The notes beneath the pieces were generated by a model. That model was not told where the DNA came from, searched no databases, and saw nothing but the letters and a program-made list of their open reading frames with translations. A stretch of DNA of 64,000 bases, taken from a virus. Shown piece after piece: positions 20,018 through 30,082 of this stretch (position 1 is its first letter; every line of letters begins with the position of its first letter). The DNA is taken from positions 19,370-83,369 of the IMG/VR virus record IMGVR_UViG_3300034374_005671, one strand, 5' to 3'. Position numbers and translations under genes: made by a program.

Positions 20018-23000
20018 ATGGCTGCTGATTCTTCACCAAAATTTAAATTAGGTCAAAGAACTGCTAACATTACTCCACAAGAGGTAAAACAGCAATCAAG
20101 GCCTTCTTCTGCCGCTTATAACACTGGTATAACTAAAGTAGATAAGTCTACTTATAATGCTGACCTTATAAGGAATACGCACTTTATAGACCCTTTTGAA
20201 CATTATAAGCCAGTAGGTGAAAATATGTGGGCATCTCGATACCCAAATTATAGACCTTATTGGAGTGAGGACCAATGGGCTGAAATTCAAACTTCCGAGG
20301 AAGTCAGAAGAAATATGCGTAAAAGAGCTTGGGATGGATTCTGGGGGTCCTTTGCAGGTGGTTTTAAAAATACAAGTGAAAATATAGGAAACGTCCTTGG
20401 CCGTGATTTAGGAGGTCTTATAGTTAGCGATGCAGGTAAGAAGGCAGGGGAGCGTATGGCAGCTGAAGAAGTTTTATATCCTATTTATACATCTAGAGAA
20501 ATGAGGCTTGAAGATGCTAAGGCTGACCCAAGTATAGCAAGCTCATTTATGAAGTATATGCCAGGGGGAGCTGACCCAGGAAGAAGATGGGCACAATTAG
20601 GTGCATCATCAGGTTTTACTCTTGGTACACTAGCCACTGTGGCGGCTGAAGAACTTGCATTAGGGGCTTTAACTTCATTCACAGGTGGGGCAGCAGCTCC
20701 TGCTGCGGCTGTAAGAACAGGTAAAAATCTCAATAGATTAAGGAAGGCTTTTAAGACAATGTTCTCTAGTGGAGGTGATTTTCTTAAAACAACAAAAGCC
20801 TTAGCCGCAACAAAAAATGTAGCAAGAGGTGCAAAAGCTTTAGGCAAGGGAGCACTTTACACAGCTAGAATGGCGAATCTAGCATCTTATGAAGCTTCAA
20901 TGGAGGCGGGTATGTGGATGGCTGAGTCTAAAGAAAATTATATTAGAGACTACATGGCTGAAAACGGAGGTGAATTACCTTCTAACGAAGAATTAGCAGA
21001 AGCATACGAGAAAATAGAAGAGGGAGGTGATTTTTTGTTTACATACAATATGCCTTTACTCACAATGTCTAATCTCATAGTTCTACCTAATATTATTAGG
21101 CCAGCAATCCCTTTTAAATTTGGAACAGGATTTATACCAAAAACACTCTTTAGAGGAGGTAAGTATAAAGCTTTGGGAGATGTGGTTAAAGAAGGGATGC
21201 AAAAAACGATGGGAAAAAGGCTCGGAGGGTTCGCATTCGGAACGGCAAGACTCACTGGTAAAGTAGCTAAACTAGCAGGCTCAGAAGGTTTTGAGGAAAT
21301 GGCTCAGGGTATTGGGGGAGAAGCAGCTTCTAGTATGTATGACCCTGTTAACGGTGAGTATGCAGACACCCTTATGGAACAAATATCAGTTATTGGTAAC
21401 GCTGCGAAAGAGTCAATGGGCTCTGGTAAAGGTTGGGATGAATTTGTAGCAGGGGGTCTTATGGGTCTTGGTTTTGGTGGATTTGGAGCAGTTAAGACTA
21501 TGGTCACTGGGGGGAAAAGCCAACTTCAACAAAATAGAGAGACAGCTGCTGCAATGAATGCAGCTATGGATGATTTCATACAAGCCACAATGTTTAGTGC
21601 TGATAATATCAATGGTGCGACACAAACACAAATACAAGCAGAGATATTAAAGGCAGAACAAGAAGGAGACACTAAAAGAGTAAAAGATTTAAAAAATCAA
21701 GCAAGAGCTTCTCTTTTCATGACTATGCATAGGTCAGGTAAAGGTAAAGACTTCGTTAATGATTTAATGGAGCAAGTAGAGATAATGCAAGAAGAAAACC
21801 CCGAAGGTGTGGAACTTCTTCTTAATGGTAAAACTATAGAGGAGACCAAGTTAGAACTCCAACAACAGTATGAGCAGTACTCCAAGGACATGGATATGTA
21901 CACGAGTGCCTTTGGGATAAACGAAATGACTGACCCAAATGAGTACAGTGCTACATATAACGCAGCACATTTTCTCGCAGCTTCAGGAACTAAACTTAGA
22001 GATGGGCAGGCAAGGGTAGAAAACCTAAGAAATGACTTAGCTAAGGAACTTGCTGAGAGCGAAGACGGTAAAGATGCAGATAAAACATTTAAGATAAATG
22101 AGATGTTTGAGGTCCTCATGGACCCAACAAAGCTTCCAGCCGCTATAAGCAGTGTGTATAATTCTTTAGAGACAAACAAAGAGATTCTTAAGAATTCTAC
22201 AAATGAAGCTGAAAAGAAAGCTTTACAGGAAACAATTGATAAACAAGAACAATACTTGTTTGCTCTCAATGCAATAAACAAGCAGGTATTTGATAAGAAT
22301 GGTAATATATCAGATAACTATGATTCTGCGGAGGCTATAACGACCATCTTAAATCAGATGCAAAAGGTAGCTCCTTCTGCTGTTAATGAATCTTTCAGGC
22401 AAAAGGCTAAAGACCTTTTAAAAATTAACGCAGAAAACCAAAACATCACCTTCTTCCAAAACGTATTGACAGACCCTAAAGCTCGTGAAGCATACGCATC
22501 GAAATTTGTTGAGGCTCGTGAGATTGCCCAAGCAAAAAACGCTCTTAAAAAAGCTAAGGCTGGTAACAGAATGGTTAGGGGTGTAGACACTGACTTGGCA
22601 AATGCTGATAGCATGACAGAGCAAGAGTTTGACGAAGCTACAGGTGATGCACAGTTTTCTCCTCAAGACATAGATTTAGTTCTATCTAAACTAGCTTCCA
22701 TAAAGCAAAATCGTTTTACAGGTAAATACGTAGTAAATAAAAAGAAGTACGATACTTTAGAAGAAGCACAAGATGCAGCCTTAGATTCTTTACCAATACA
22801 AGTCAAAGAAAAAGCTGCCCCTTACAAAGAAGCATTTAAGAAAAGAGCTAACGCTATTGCTCAGTCTAAGCAAGACCCTAAAGCAGTAGAGGCTGCACAG
22901 AAAAGAGAAAAGCCTTTAAGAGATAGAATTAAAAGAGCAGAGAAGAAGCAACAAGCCGCTGACGTTGTCCGTAGAGGAGGTGGTAAAACTGTCGCACAGA

Positions 23001-26000
23001 CAGAGTCTGCTTTAAAAAAGAACCAAGAGGCTCTTGCAAAAACAAAGAAGGACATTAAGGAAGCTCAGACTGAACTAAACCAAGCTACAAAAGCAGTAGA
23101 GGCTGAGAATAAAAAGAAAAAGAAAGATGCCGCTAAATTAAAAGAGGCTAAAGAAAAGCAGGCTAAAGCTAAAGAGAAGGTTGCTGAGTTAAAGCAAAAA
23201 CAGTCTGATTTAAATAAAGCAATAAAGGCTGATACGCAGTATTTACCTGAAATTAAAAAAGTTGAAGAAAAGCAAAATGCTATTGCTGAAGCTAACAAAA
23301 AAGGTGACTTAGTAACAGAGTTATCAGCTATACAAGATTTAATTAAAGCAGCATCCACAGGTGAAGTTATATTAAGCAAAGAACAATTAGCCAATTTAGT
23401 TGCTAGACGATTGGAAATAGAAAATCAAGGTTATTCAGTTGAAGCTCCTACTGTAGGACAGGTTATGACGGAGGAGATGGACAACAGTTATGATGTAGAA
23501 GAGGTTGTAACTGAAGACTTACCAGAGGGAATGTCTGTAGTTAAAGAGGTTAAGCAACCCAAAGTATCCTATCAAACCGAAGAAAACGCAGACCCCGAGG
23601 TAAAACAAAAGGGTAAAGTAGTTGTAGCTAAAGGTATAGGTAATAAAGAGAACTTCAAAGAGCTTGAAACTCAAGAAAAAATAGAAAAAAACGCAGCGGA
23701 AAATAACAATCCTGAAGGACAAAAAGCAGCACAAGAAAAAATACAAGACGAAAAAGAAACCATTGCTGCTAATTATATGTCCAAAGAGGAAGAAAAAGCT
23801 GAAGGAGCAGAAGAAAAATCTATTAAAGAAAAGATAGACACCGAGACTCCTCTTACTGAGCAGGAGAGAGTAGAACGGGATGATAAGTTAGCAGCTAGAT
23901 TTAAAAATGCAGAAAATTCAGGCCCAAAAACTCAAAATGAGGTAGACAATGATGCTACTCGTTTATCAAGACCACAAACCGAATCTTCTAGAGGAGTCCT
24001 TGGTTTGGTATTTGATTATGCCATCATGTCTCTTTACTACGGTCAAAATCTAACAGGATTTTTATCAAACTCAGCCAGCAGCAACCTCCAAAAACTATTT
24101 GGAGGATTGAGAGAAAAAGGCAAAACTCAAGGTAATGTAAGTATTGCTGTTATAAAACTAAACGATTCACTTATCCCTGAGTCTGAGATTTTAATAGACT
24201 TGTCAGAGAATGGTAAAGACAAATTACCTAAAAACGCTACAGATAGAGACATCACAAGACTGTCAAATAGAATAAATAAAAAACTAGAAGCAGGTGAAAC
24301 TGTAGTAATAAGAGACAGCAAGAATAGACTTATCATTATTAATAGAGGTCTAAACACAAGGCCGTTTCTACAAGCAATTGAGCAAAAGTATAGCTTATAT
24401 AGAGATGCTTATACTGGTTTAATCAGGGAGGGAAGTGCTAATGGTAAGATATTTGGTTCTAATTTTAACGAAGGGCAATTCACAGAACAGTCTAAACAAA
24501 GACTCGGGCAACTTAGAATAGGTGATGAAGTACAATTACGTATCCCTAATAACGAATACAATCAAAACCTCATTGAGCAATATCAAAGAGGCGAAATAAC
24601 CCAGAGAGATGTATTTGCCAATATGGCTATAGAGATAGTAAGCGATGGGCATGTAGTAGGTCTTATACCAGGTTCTGAGAAAAATAGTACGTATGAAGTA
24701 GAAAGATTCCAAAGAGCTGAACAGCTAAGAGCTAAAGTGTTTGGGGGTAAAAGCAAAAAAGCTATCGACTCCGTAGTTTCCAAAGTAGGCAAAAGAACAA
24801 CAGGCTACTTGGCAGGTAAAGTTGAAGTGAGCCAAAATTTTGTTAAAAGAGCTGGTAAACGTAACCCAGCACAAGACCAAACAGGACAAACAAACACCGT
24901 TTTTGTAGGTCTTGAACAGTTTGAACAAGACCTAGCTGACAGCGGTGCTAATGTTACTGTAGAATACTTTGTAGGTGAGGACCCTTACACAGCCGTTGAT
25001 GCTAATGGCAAAAAGATAGGAAATAAGGAGGCCAACAGAGAAAATTCACCTTTTAGAAAAGGTGCAGTATATATAAAAGTAACAGACAACGCTACACAAC
25101 AGACACTCACTGTACAAGCAGTCACTCCTATGTTTGATAGTGCAGGTAATCCTGTTGTGTCGCCTATGACCTATAATCAAAATGATTTAAAGTCTGAGGC
25201 GTTTAAACAAGAACTTTCTACAAATTTAGACGGCTCTACAGGACAGCCTATCATATCAACTCAGATATTTGTAGATGGTAAATCATTCTCTTCTAATACC
25301 AATGAGACTAACAAATCAGAGACTGTATCCGATAAATTTGGAGAAACTCAACAGAAAGGTAACGTAACTGTGGTGCCTGTAGGTGGTAAGCCTGTTCCTG
25401 TTACAGGTGCATCTATAGATAATGAAACAGATACTTTCAAAGGAGAAGGCCCTGATGGACCGATAGAATTCCCATTAGCTAAGATAGAGGACTTCGCTCC
25501 TTACAAAGAAACTAATTCAGCTGCAAGACCTAAAAATGCTCCTCAAACTTCAGCAAGAAAGCAAGCTGATGAGGCGTTAGCCAGACTACGAAGAATAACT
25601 AAGCCAGCAGAAGTTATAGATAGAAGTGCAGTGCAAGCGGCAGCAGAGATAGTTAAAATAGAAAGACTAGTAGAAGGAGGTCTTCAGTTAAATGAAGATG
25701 AGCAAAAAATACTAGATAATGCCAAAGCAGGACTTAAAAACGGGGGCTATAGTATAGAGACTAAAATCGAAGGAGAGGTATTAGATAAAGTGCCTACCAA
25801 AACAGAAGCAGTTACAAAGTTAGAAGAGGATGATACTCTTCCTGAAGGTGTTGTTGTAGTTAAGAAAGTCAACAGACCTGCTGTAACTAAGGGTGGTAAC
25901 CTAGTAAGTGGTACAGGTAGCAATACAGGTAAACCTAATTATACTCTTAGAGTAGGTACAAAGAAAAATACTGAACACGCTGAAAAGAAAGCAGAATTAA

Positions 26001-29000
26001 AAAGAGAACAAGACAGACTTGCTGCCCTCGAAGAACAACAGAAGAAACAACAAAAAGAATCTCCTAAGACTAGAACGGTTACTCAAGAAGAAACAGATGC
26101 AGCTATAAAAGAATTAGAAGATAGCCTTAGTAGTTTAAGTTTCCGCACGGGACTTGAAATTAACGAAATTGAATATGGTGGCTTTAGACCTTCTATTACT
26201 GTAGGAATTGAAACAATTACTGATGAAAATGGAAGGGAAACTACCAGAGAATATGTAGGGGATGAAGCTATTGCTGAGGCAAGGGCAAGGGGTATCTCAC
26301 TTAGAATAGGTAATAAACCAGCACACCTAAAAAACACCGTACGAACATTAGAAATAAACGGTAAACAATATAGAGTTTTCGGAGAGTTCTACCCAGATGG
26401 GACAGTCATATATAATGCTAGTGAGTTAGATGCTGCTGGAATACCAATCGCTGACCTTTCTGCGAGTGAGTTTAATGAGTTAATGGCTAGTCAGGAAGTA
26501 GAAGAAATAACTCCTGAAGCAAACGTCCCTACTGCACAAGAACAAGAAGTTGTAGAGCAAGCAAAACTTGCGTTAGAAAAGAAGGACCCAGAGACTGGTC
26601 TTACTAAGCAACAAACATTAGAAATAAAGCAAGGACAATTAGCTGCCGAAGACCCAGGTAGTGCAGATGCAAAAATTCTTGAAAAAGAGATAGCAGGCCT
26701 AAAAGAGGCGATTGCTGTTCAAACATATAAAATCAATTATCCTGCAGCTCATATCATACAACTTCAACTAGTCAAGGAGCGACTTAGATTAGAAAAAATA
26801 AGAGAAAAAACAGCTGCAGAAAAGAAAAGATTATCAGAAGTAAATAAGCTTATTGATGAGATGGACCCTGCTACAAGGGAACAGGAGATAGCAGACAAAA
26901 GGTTTGCCAATCGAAAATCTCCTACCGCTAAACAAAAGAAAGCCCTTGATGACTTAACTGTAAAATTAAAAGAAAAGTCTAAAGAGCAAAAAAGAAACGG
27001 TGAATTTGCTGAAAGATTAAACGATAACAAAAAGAAAATTAAAGAATTATTCCCTGACCTTTCTGCTGTTGCCGATAATCTAGTAAAATCAAAAGCAAAA
27101 CCTGCTGTCAAAAAAGCTGAACCTAGAGTAACTGCTGAACAAATTGCAGCTAAGTCAGACCGAGTAAATCAGCTACAAGCAGAGCTTGCAAATATAGAGA
27201 AAGAAATTGAAAATAACGCTGTTGCACAGGCAAAGGCTGATAACTCAAACGCTTCTGAGGTACGACCTTCTAGTAAGAATAAAGCTATAAAGAATGCAAA
27301 AGAAGGTAGCGAAGCTATTGATGTTAAAAATGATACACTCCAAGAAGAGTTAAATCAAGTTAATGAAGAGTTAGCCAAAGCTAATAAAGAGTTCAAGGAA
27401 ACATCCCAGAAGGTAGCAGAGTTAGAACAAGAAAGACTAGAAGCTCTTGAGTCGGTACCTGAAGGTGAGAGGGGTGCTGTTGCTAAGGTAGTGGAAGACA
27501 CCGTAACAGGTTCAGTAGAAGGCACACCTAAAAACAGACAAGTAGCAAAGAACAATTCTGCTGCTATAGAGAGAATGTTACAGGCTGAACAACAACTAAG
27601 TGAAGCACGTAAAAAACTTTCAACTCTTAAGAAAGAAAGAGAGGCACTTAATACTCAAAAAAATCTAAACACTCAAGAAGGTCTCACCCTCGAAGAGCAA
27701 CAAAAAGTCACTGAAGAAAAGAATACAGAACGTGTTGCAAGACTCAACGAGAGGCAAGAGCAAATTTCTAAAGAATTAGCTGATAAGAAAAAACAAGCGG
27801 CTAGTGTATCAGAGGAGCAGGAAAAAGCTTTGAAGGCTGTAGAGAAAAGAGCAAACAAAGAAGTCACTCTTGAGGAAATTCAAGAAGAAATAGATAGCTT
27901 AGAAAATACTGAGTCTGGATTAATTAGAAGGGTTAACGATATTTTCGAGCAAAGCGTAAGCGTAAAAGAAGTAGCTAAAAAACTAAAAGCACTTCAAGGT
28001 CCCACAAATATTGCTGACTTCTTTACTGATACACACAAGAAAAGGAATCTTGAGTTAAGTAAAAGAAACGGAAAAGACTTAGTTAGACAGATAGATAAGA
28101 GACTCAAAGAGTTAAAGTTAGCGAAGCAAGCTTTGGAAATCAAAAATTCTCAAGAGAACCAAGAGATTCAGAAGCTAGAACAAGAATTTGATAATAATGC
28201 AAATGATTTAGCAGCTGCAGAGGGTGCAGTAGAAGCATTGAATCAAGAACCTTTAACTAATGAGGAAATACTTGAGGAGGTAGCTGCAATAGAGAATGAG
28301 GAAGAGATAGAGGCTCTTAATGAGGAGTTGTCTAATTCTGAAAGAGAAACCCCTTTAAGTCCTTACGAAATCTTTGATTTACATGATTCTGCTACGGTAG
28401 AAGAGGTACAACAGAGATTTGTGCAAATTGTGAATGAAAACAACTTCTTTGATGCAGATGTCAATACAAAACTAGAAATACTTCTTGCATATAAAACTCT
28501 TCTTCAAGAGAGAGGTGCTGCTGCCCAAGCGATATCTTTAGATGAACTTCTAAAAAGAGACGATTCTAGACAAGCAAGATTAGATGCCGTAGATGTTCAA
28601 GAAACTGTTGCAGCTAAACAGGCTTACATTGTTCAATATGGACAAGAAGGAGATGTATTTACAATGCCTGATGGTACAACATACACTGTATTGTCAAGGA
28701 ATGAGGAGGAAGACACTATTACGTTGTCTAAAGAAGGATACAACCCTATCGTTGTTTCTATATCAGATGGCACCTTAGCAGCATCAGAATTAGAACTAGA
28801 TAGACAAGATGTGGAGGAGAATCCTCCTACAGATGCGGAAATCATGCAACTCCTAGAAAAATTATCACAAGGTATTCAACTATCTCCAAGAGAAAACGCC
28901 ACTATGATAGTGCATAAAGAAAGAATCAAGGAGGTTGCAGAACGTATGGCTACTTATAGTACCACATATCAAACACTTGATAAATTTGGATTACAGTACT

Positions 29001-30076
29001 CTGCTCAAGTTATGTACACATTAGATATAAATATGTTTGATGATTTGGCATTAATAGTTGAAAAATATACTACCTTAGTGAAAGAGGGTCAACCCCTTCC
29101 AAATAATTTAGAAGAATTAATGTTACAGGCGGGACTAAGTGCAGAAAGAGTTGATGCTTACAGGCAAAACCTTACGGTAGCAGCATATGCTTCTATATGG
29201 GCATACGCTACACAAGCAGATATTTTGATTGGAGAGCAAAGGTCAGCCACATTAAGAGAGGTTCTTGGTCAGAATGCTGCTGTATTTGACAATCAAATAC
29301 AAAGACTAGAAAGAATGGATGTGTCAAATATGACTCCTGCGCTGTTAAGACAAGCATTAGGCATACCAAGAAGAATAATTGAGGACTTTTTTGCTGAACA
29401 ATCATTATATTTGTCAGGAACAGATGTTATGGAAAACATGACTAAAGACCAAATGTTAGGACTATTAGGCTCTATAGGTAACTTTATTGATAGAACGGTA
29501 GAAGAAGAAACAGCTACTCAAGTTCTACGTAATTATATGGAATTTACTAGAGAGTTGAGAGAGATTGGATTAGACCTTAACGTATCAACTATAGTCCTTA
29601 CTCAAGAGGGACTAGACTTTGGAACTGGTTCTCAGCTGGTTTTCAACGACTCAATTGATTTCCTAAGTGAATTTAACGATGTCGAAATGAGTGAGAAGGC
29701 CTTAGAGGATATATCGTTAAATAACGAAGTCATTAAAGTTAAAAATGATAAGGGGAGCATGTCTGAAGTGAATGTATCCGACTTAACTCCTCAACTCTTA
29801 AGCAGTGAACAAGTTCAAAGTGATGTGAAGTATGTTAATTCTATCTTAAACGAGCTAGGGGAAGGCATGCAAATGTCTACGGCATACATAGCAGCATCGC
29901 ATCTTGTTAACGGAAACGCAACCGAGATTGTATCTAGAATTTTTGAGAGCAGCAGAGATGTTGAGCAGGTAGTTAGATATAGAGAGTTCACTAGAACAGG
30001 AACCTTAAAACCTGTTAATGAGTTCTTTAATAGAGAGACAGAAGAAAAAGAAGTAGAAAACCAAATTTGTAAATAA
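20018..30076 (+). CDS. Giant polyvalent virion/ejection protein, 3352 aa (membrane-inserting N-terminal region, long coiled coils, GrpE-like x2, J-domain-like)
   Basis: Gly/Ala-rich hydrophobic helices with EASMEAG, NMPLLTMSN and SEGFEEMAQG motifs typical of DNA-ejection proteins, plus K/E/A heptad regions. I found no RNAP DxDxD motif. Confidence 0.6.
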   Translation: MAADSSPKFKLGQRTANITPQEVKQQSRPSSAAYNTGITKVDKSTYNADLIRNTHFIDPFEHYKPVGENMWASRYPNYRPYWSEDQWAEIQTSEEVRRNMRKRAWDGFWGSFAGGFKNTSENIGNVLGRDLGGLIVSDAGKKAGERMAAEEVLYPIYTSREMRLEDAKADPSIASSFMKYMPGGADPGRRWAQLGASSGFTLGTLATVAAEELALGALTSFTGGAAAPAAAVRTGKNLNRLRKAFKTMFSSGGDFLKTTKALAATKNVARGAKALGKGALYTARMANLASYEASMEAGMWMAESKENYIRDYMAENGGELPSNEELAEAYEKIEEGGDFLFTYNMPLLTMSNLIVLPNIIRPAIPFKFGTGFIPKTLFRGGKYKALGDVVKEGMQKTMGKRLGGFAFGTARLTGKVAKLAGSEGFEEMAQGIGGEAASSMYDPVNGEYADTLMEQISVIGNAAKESMGSGKGWDEFVAGGLMGLGFGGFGAVKTMVTGGKSQLQQNRETAAAMNAAMDDFIQATMFSADNINGATQTQIQAEILKAEQEGDTKRVKDLKNQARASLFMTMHRSGKGKDFVNDLMEQVEIMQEENPEGVELLLNGKTIEETKLELQQQYEQYSKDMDMYTSAFGINEMTDPNEYSATYNAAHFLAASGTKLRDGQARVENLRNDLAKELAESEDGKDADKTFKINEMFEVLMDPTKLPAAISSVYNSLETNKEILKNSTNEAEKKALQETIDKQEQYLFALNAINKQVFDKNGNISDNYDSAEAITTILNQMQKVAPSAVNESFRQKAKDLLKINAENQNITFFQNVLTDPKAREAYASKFVEAREIAQAKNALKKAKAGNRMVRGVDTDLANADSMTEQEFDEATGDAQFSPQDIDLVLSKLASIKQNRFTGKYVVNKKKYDTLEEAQDAALDSLPIQVKEKAAPYKEAFKKRANAIAQSKQDPKAVEAAQKREKPLRDRIKRAEKKQQAADVVRRGGGKTVAQTESALKKNQEALAKTKKDIKEAQTELNQATKAVEAENKKKKKDAAKLKEAKEKQAKAKEKVAELKQKQSDLNKAIKADTQYLPEIKKVEEKQNAIAEANKKGDLVTELSAIQDLIKAASTGEVILSKEQLANLVARRLEIENQGYSVEAPTVGQVMTEEMDNSYDVEEVVTEDLPEGMSVVKEVKQPKVSYQTEENADPEVKQKGKVVVAKGIGNKENFKELETQEKIEKNAAENNNPEGQKAAQEKIQDEKETIAANYMSKEEEKAEGAEEKSIKEKIDTETPLTEQERVERDDKLAARFKNAENSGPKTQNEVDNDATRLSRPQTESSRGVLGLVFDYAIMSLYYGQNLTGFLSNSASSNLQKLFGGLREKGKTQGNVSIAVIKLNDSLIPESEILIDLSENGKDKLPKNATDRDITRLSNRINKKLEAGETVVIRDSKNRLIIINRGLNTRPFLQAIEQKYSLYRDAYTGLIREGSANGKIFGSNFNEGQFTEQSKQRLGQLRIGDEVQLRIPNNEYNQNLIEQYQRGEITQRDVFANMAIEIVSDGHVVGLIPGSEKNSTYEVERFQRAEQLRAKVFGGKSKKAIDSVVSKVGKRTTGYLAGKVEVSQNFVKRAGKRNPAQDQTGQTNTVFVGLEQFEQDLADSGANVTVEYFVGEDPYTAVDANGKKIGNKEANRENSPFRKGAVYIKVTDNATQQTLTVQAVTPMFDSAGNPVVSPMTYNQNDLKSEAFKQELSTNLDGSTGQPIISTQIFVDGKSFSSNTNETNKSETVSDKFGETQQKGNVTVVPVGGKPVPVTGASIDNETDTFKGEGPDGPIEFPLAKIEDFAPYKETNSAARPKNAPQTSARKQADEALARLRRITKPAEVIDRSAVQAAAEIVKIERLVEGGLQLNEDEQKILDNAKAGLKNGGYSIETKIEGEVLDKVPTKTEAVTKLEEDDTLPEGVVVVKKVNRPAVTKGGNLVSGTGSNTGKPNYTLRVGTKKNTEHAEKKAELKREQDRLAALEEQQKKQQKESPKTRTVTQEETDAAIKELEDSLSSLSFRTGLEINEIEYGGFRPSITVGIETITDENGRETTREYVGDEAIAEARARGISLRIGNKPAHLKNTVRTLEINGKQYRVFGEFYPDGTVIYNASELDAAGIPIADLSASEFNELMASQEVEEITPEANVPTAQEQEVVEQAKLALEKKDPETGLTKQQTLEIKQGQLAAEDPGSADAKILEKEIAGLKEAIAVQTYKINYPAAHIIQLQLVKERLRLEKIREKTAAEKKRLSEVNKLIDEMDPATREQEIADKRFANRKSPTAKQKKALDDLTVKLKEKSKEQKRNGEFAERLNDNKKKIKELFPDLSAVADNLVKSKAKPAVKKAEPRVTAEQIAAKSDRVNQLQAELANIEKEIENNAVAQAKADNSNASEVRPSSKNKAIKNAKEGSEAIDVKNDTLQEELNQVNEELAKANKEFKETSQKVAELEQERLEALESVPEGERGAVAKVVEDTVTGSVEGTPKNRQVAKNNSAAIERMLQAEQQLSEARKKLSTLKKEREALNTQKNLNTQEGLTLEEQQKVTEEKNTERVARLNERQEQISKELADKKKQAASVSEEQEKALKAVEKRANKEVTLEEIQEEIDSLENTESGLIRRVNDIFEQSVSVKEVAKKLKALQGPTNIADFFTDTHKKRNLELSKRNGKDLVRQIDKRLKELKLAKQALEIKNSQENQEIQKLEQEFDNNANDLAAAEGAVEALNQEPLTNEEILEEVAAIENEEEIEALNEELSNSERETPLSPYEIFDLHDSATVEEVQQRFVQIVNENNFFDADVNTKLEILLAYKTLLQERGAAAQAISLDELLKRDDSRQARLDAVDVQETVAAKQAYIVQYGQEGDVFTMPDGTTYTVLSRNEEEDTITLSKEGYNPIVVSISDGTLAASELELDRQDVEENPPTDAEIMQLLEKLSQGIQLSPRENATMIVHKERIKEVAERMATYSTTYQTLDKFGLQYSAQVMYTLDINMFDDLALIVEKYTTLVKEGQPLPNNLEELMLQAGLSAERVDAYRQNLTVAAYASIWAYATQADILIGEQRSATLREVLGQNAAVFDNQIQRLERMDVSNMTPALLRQALGIPRRIIEDFFAEQSLYLSGTDVMENMTKDQMLGLLGSIGNFIDRTVEEETATQVLRNYMEFTRELREIGLDLNVSTIVLTQEGLDFGTGSQLVFNDSIDFLSEFNDVEMSEKALEDISLNNEVIKVKNDKGSMSEVNVSDLTPQLLSSEQVQSDVKYVNSILNELGEGMQMSTAYIAASHLVNGNATEIVSRIFESSRDVEQVVRYREFTRTGTLKPVNEFFNRETEEKEVENQICK

Positions 30077-30082
30077 TTTATT

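Noticed and set aside
22800-28300. Tape-measure or SMC-like protein suggested by long coiled coils
   Set aside because: There are no Walker motifs or tape-measure repeats, and the context indicates a podovirus-like internal cargo protein.
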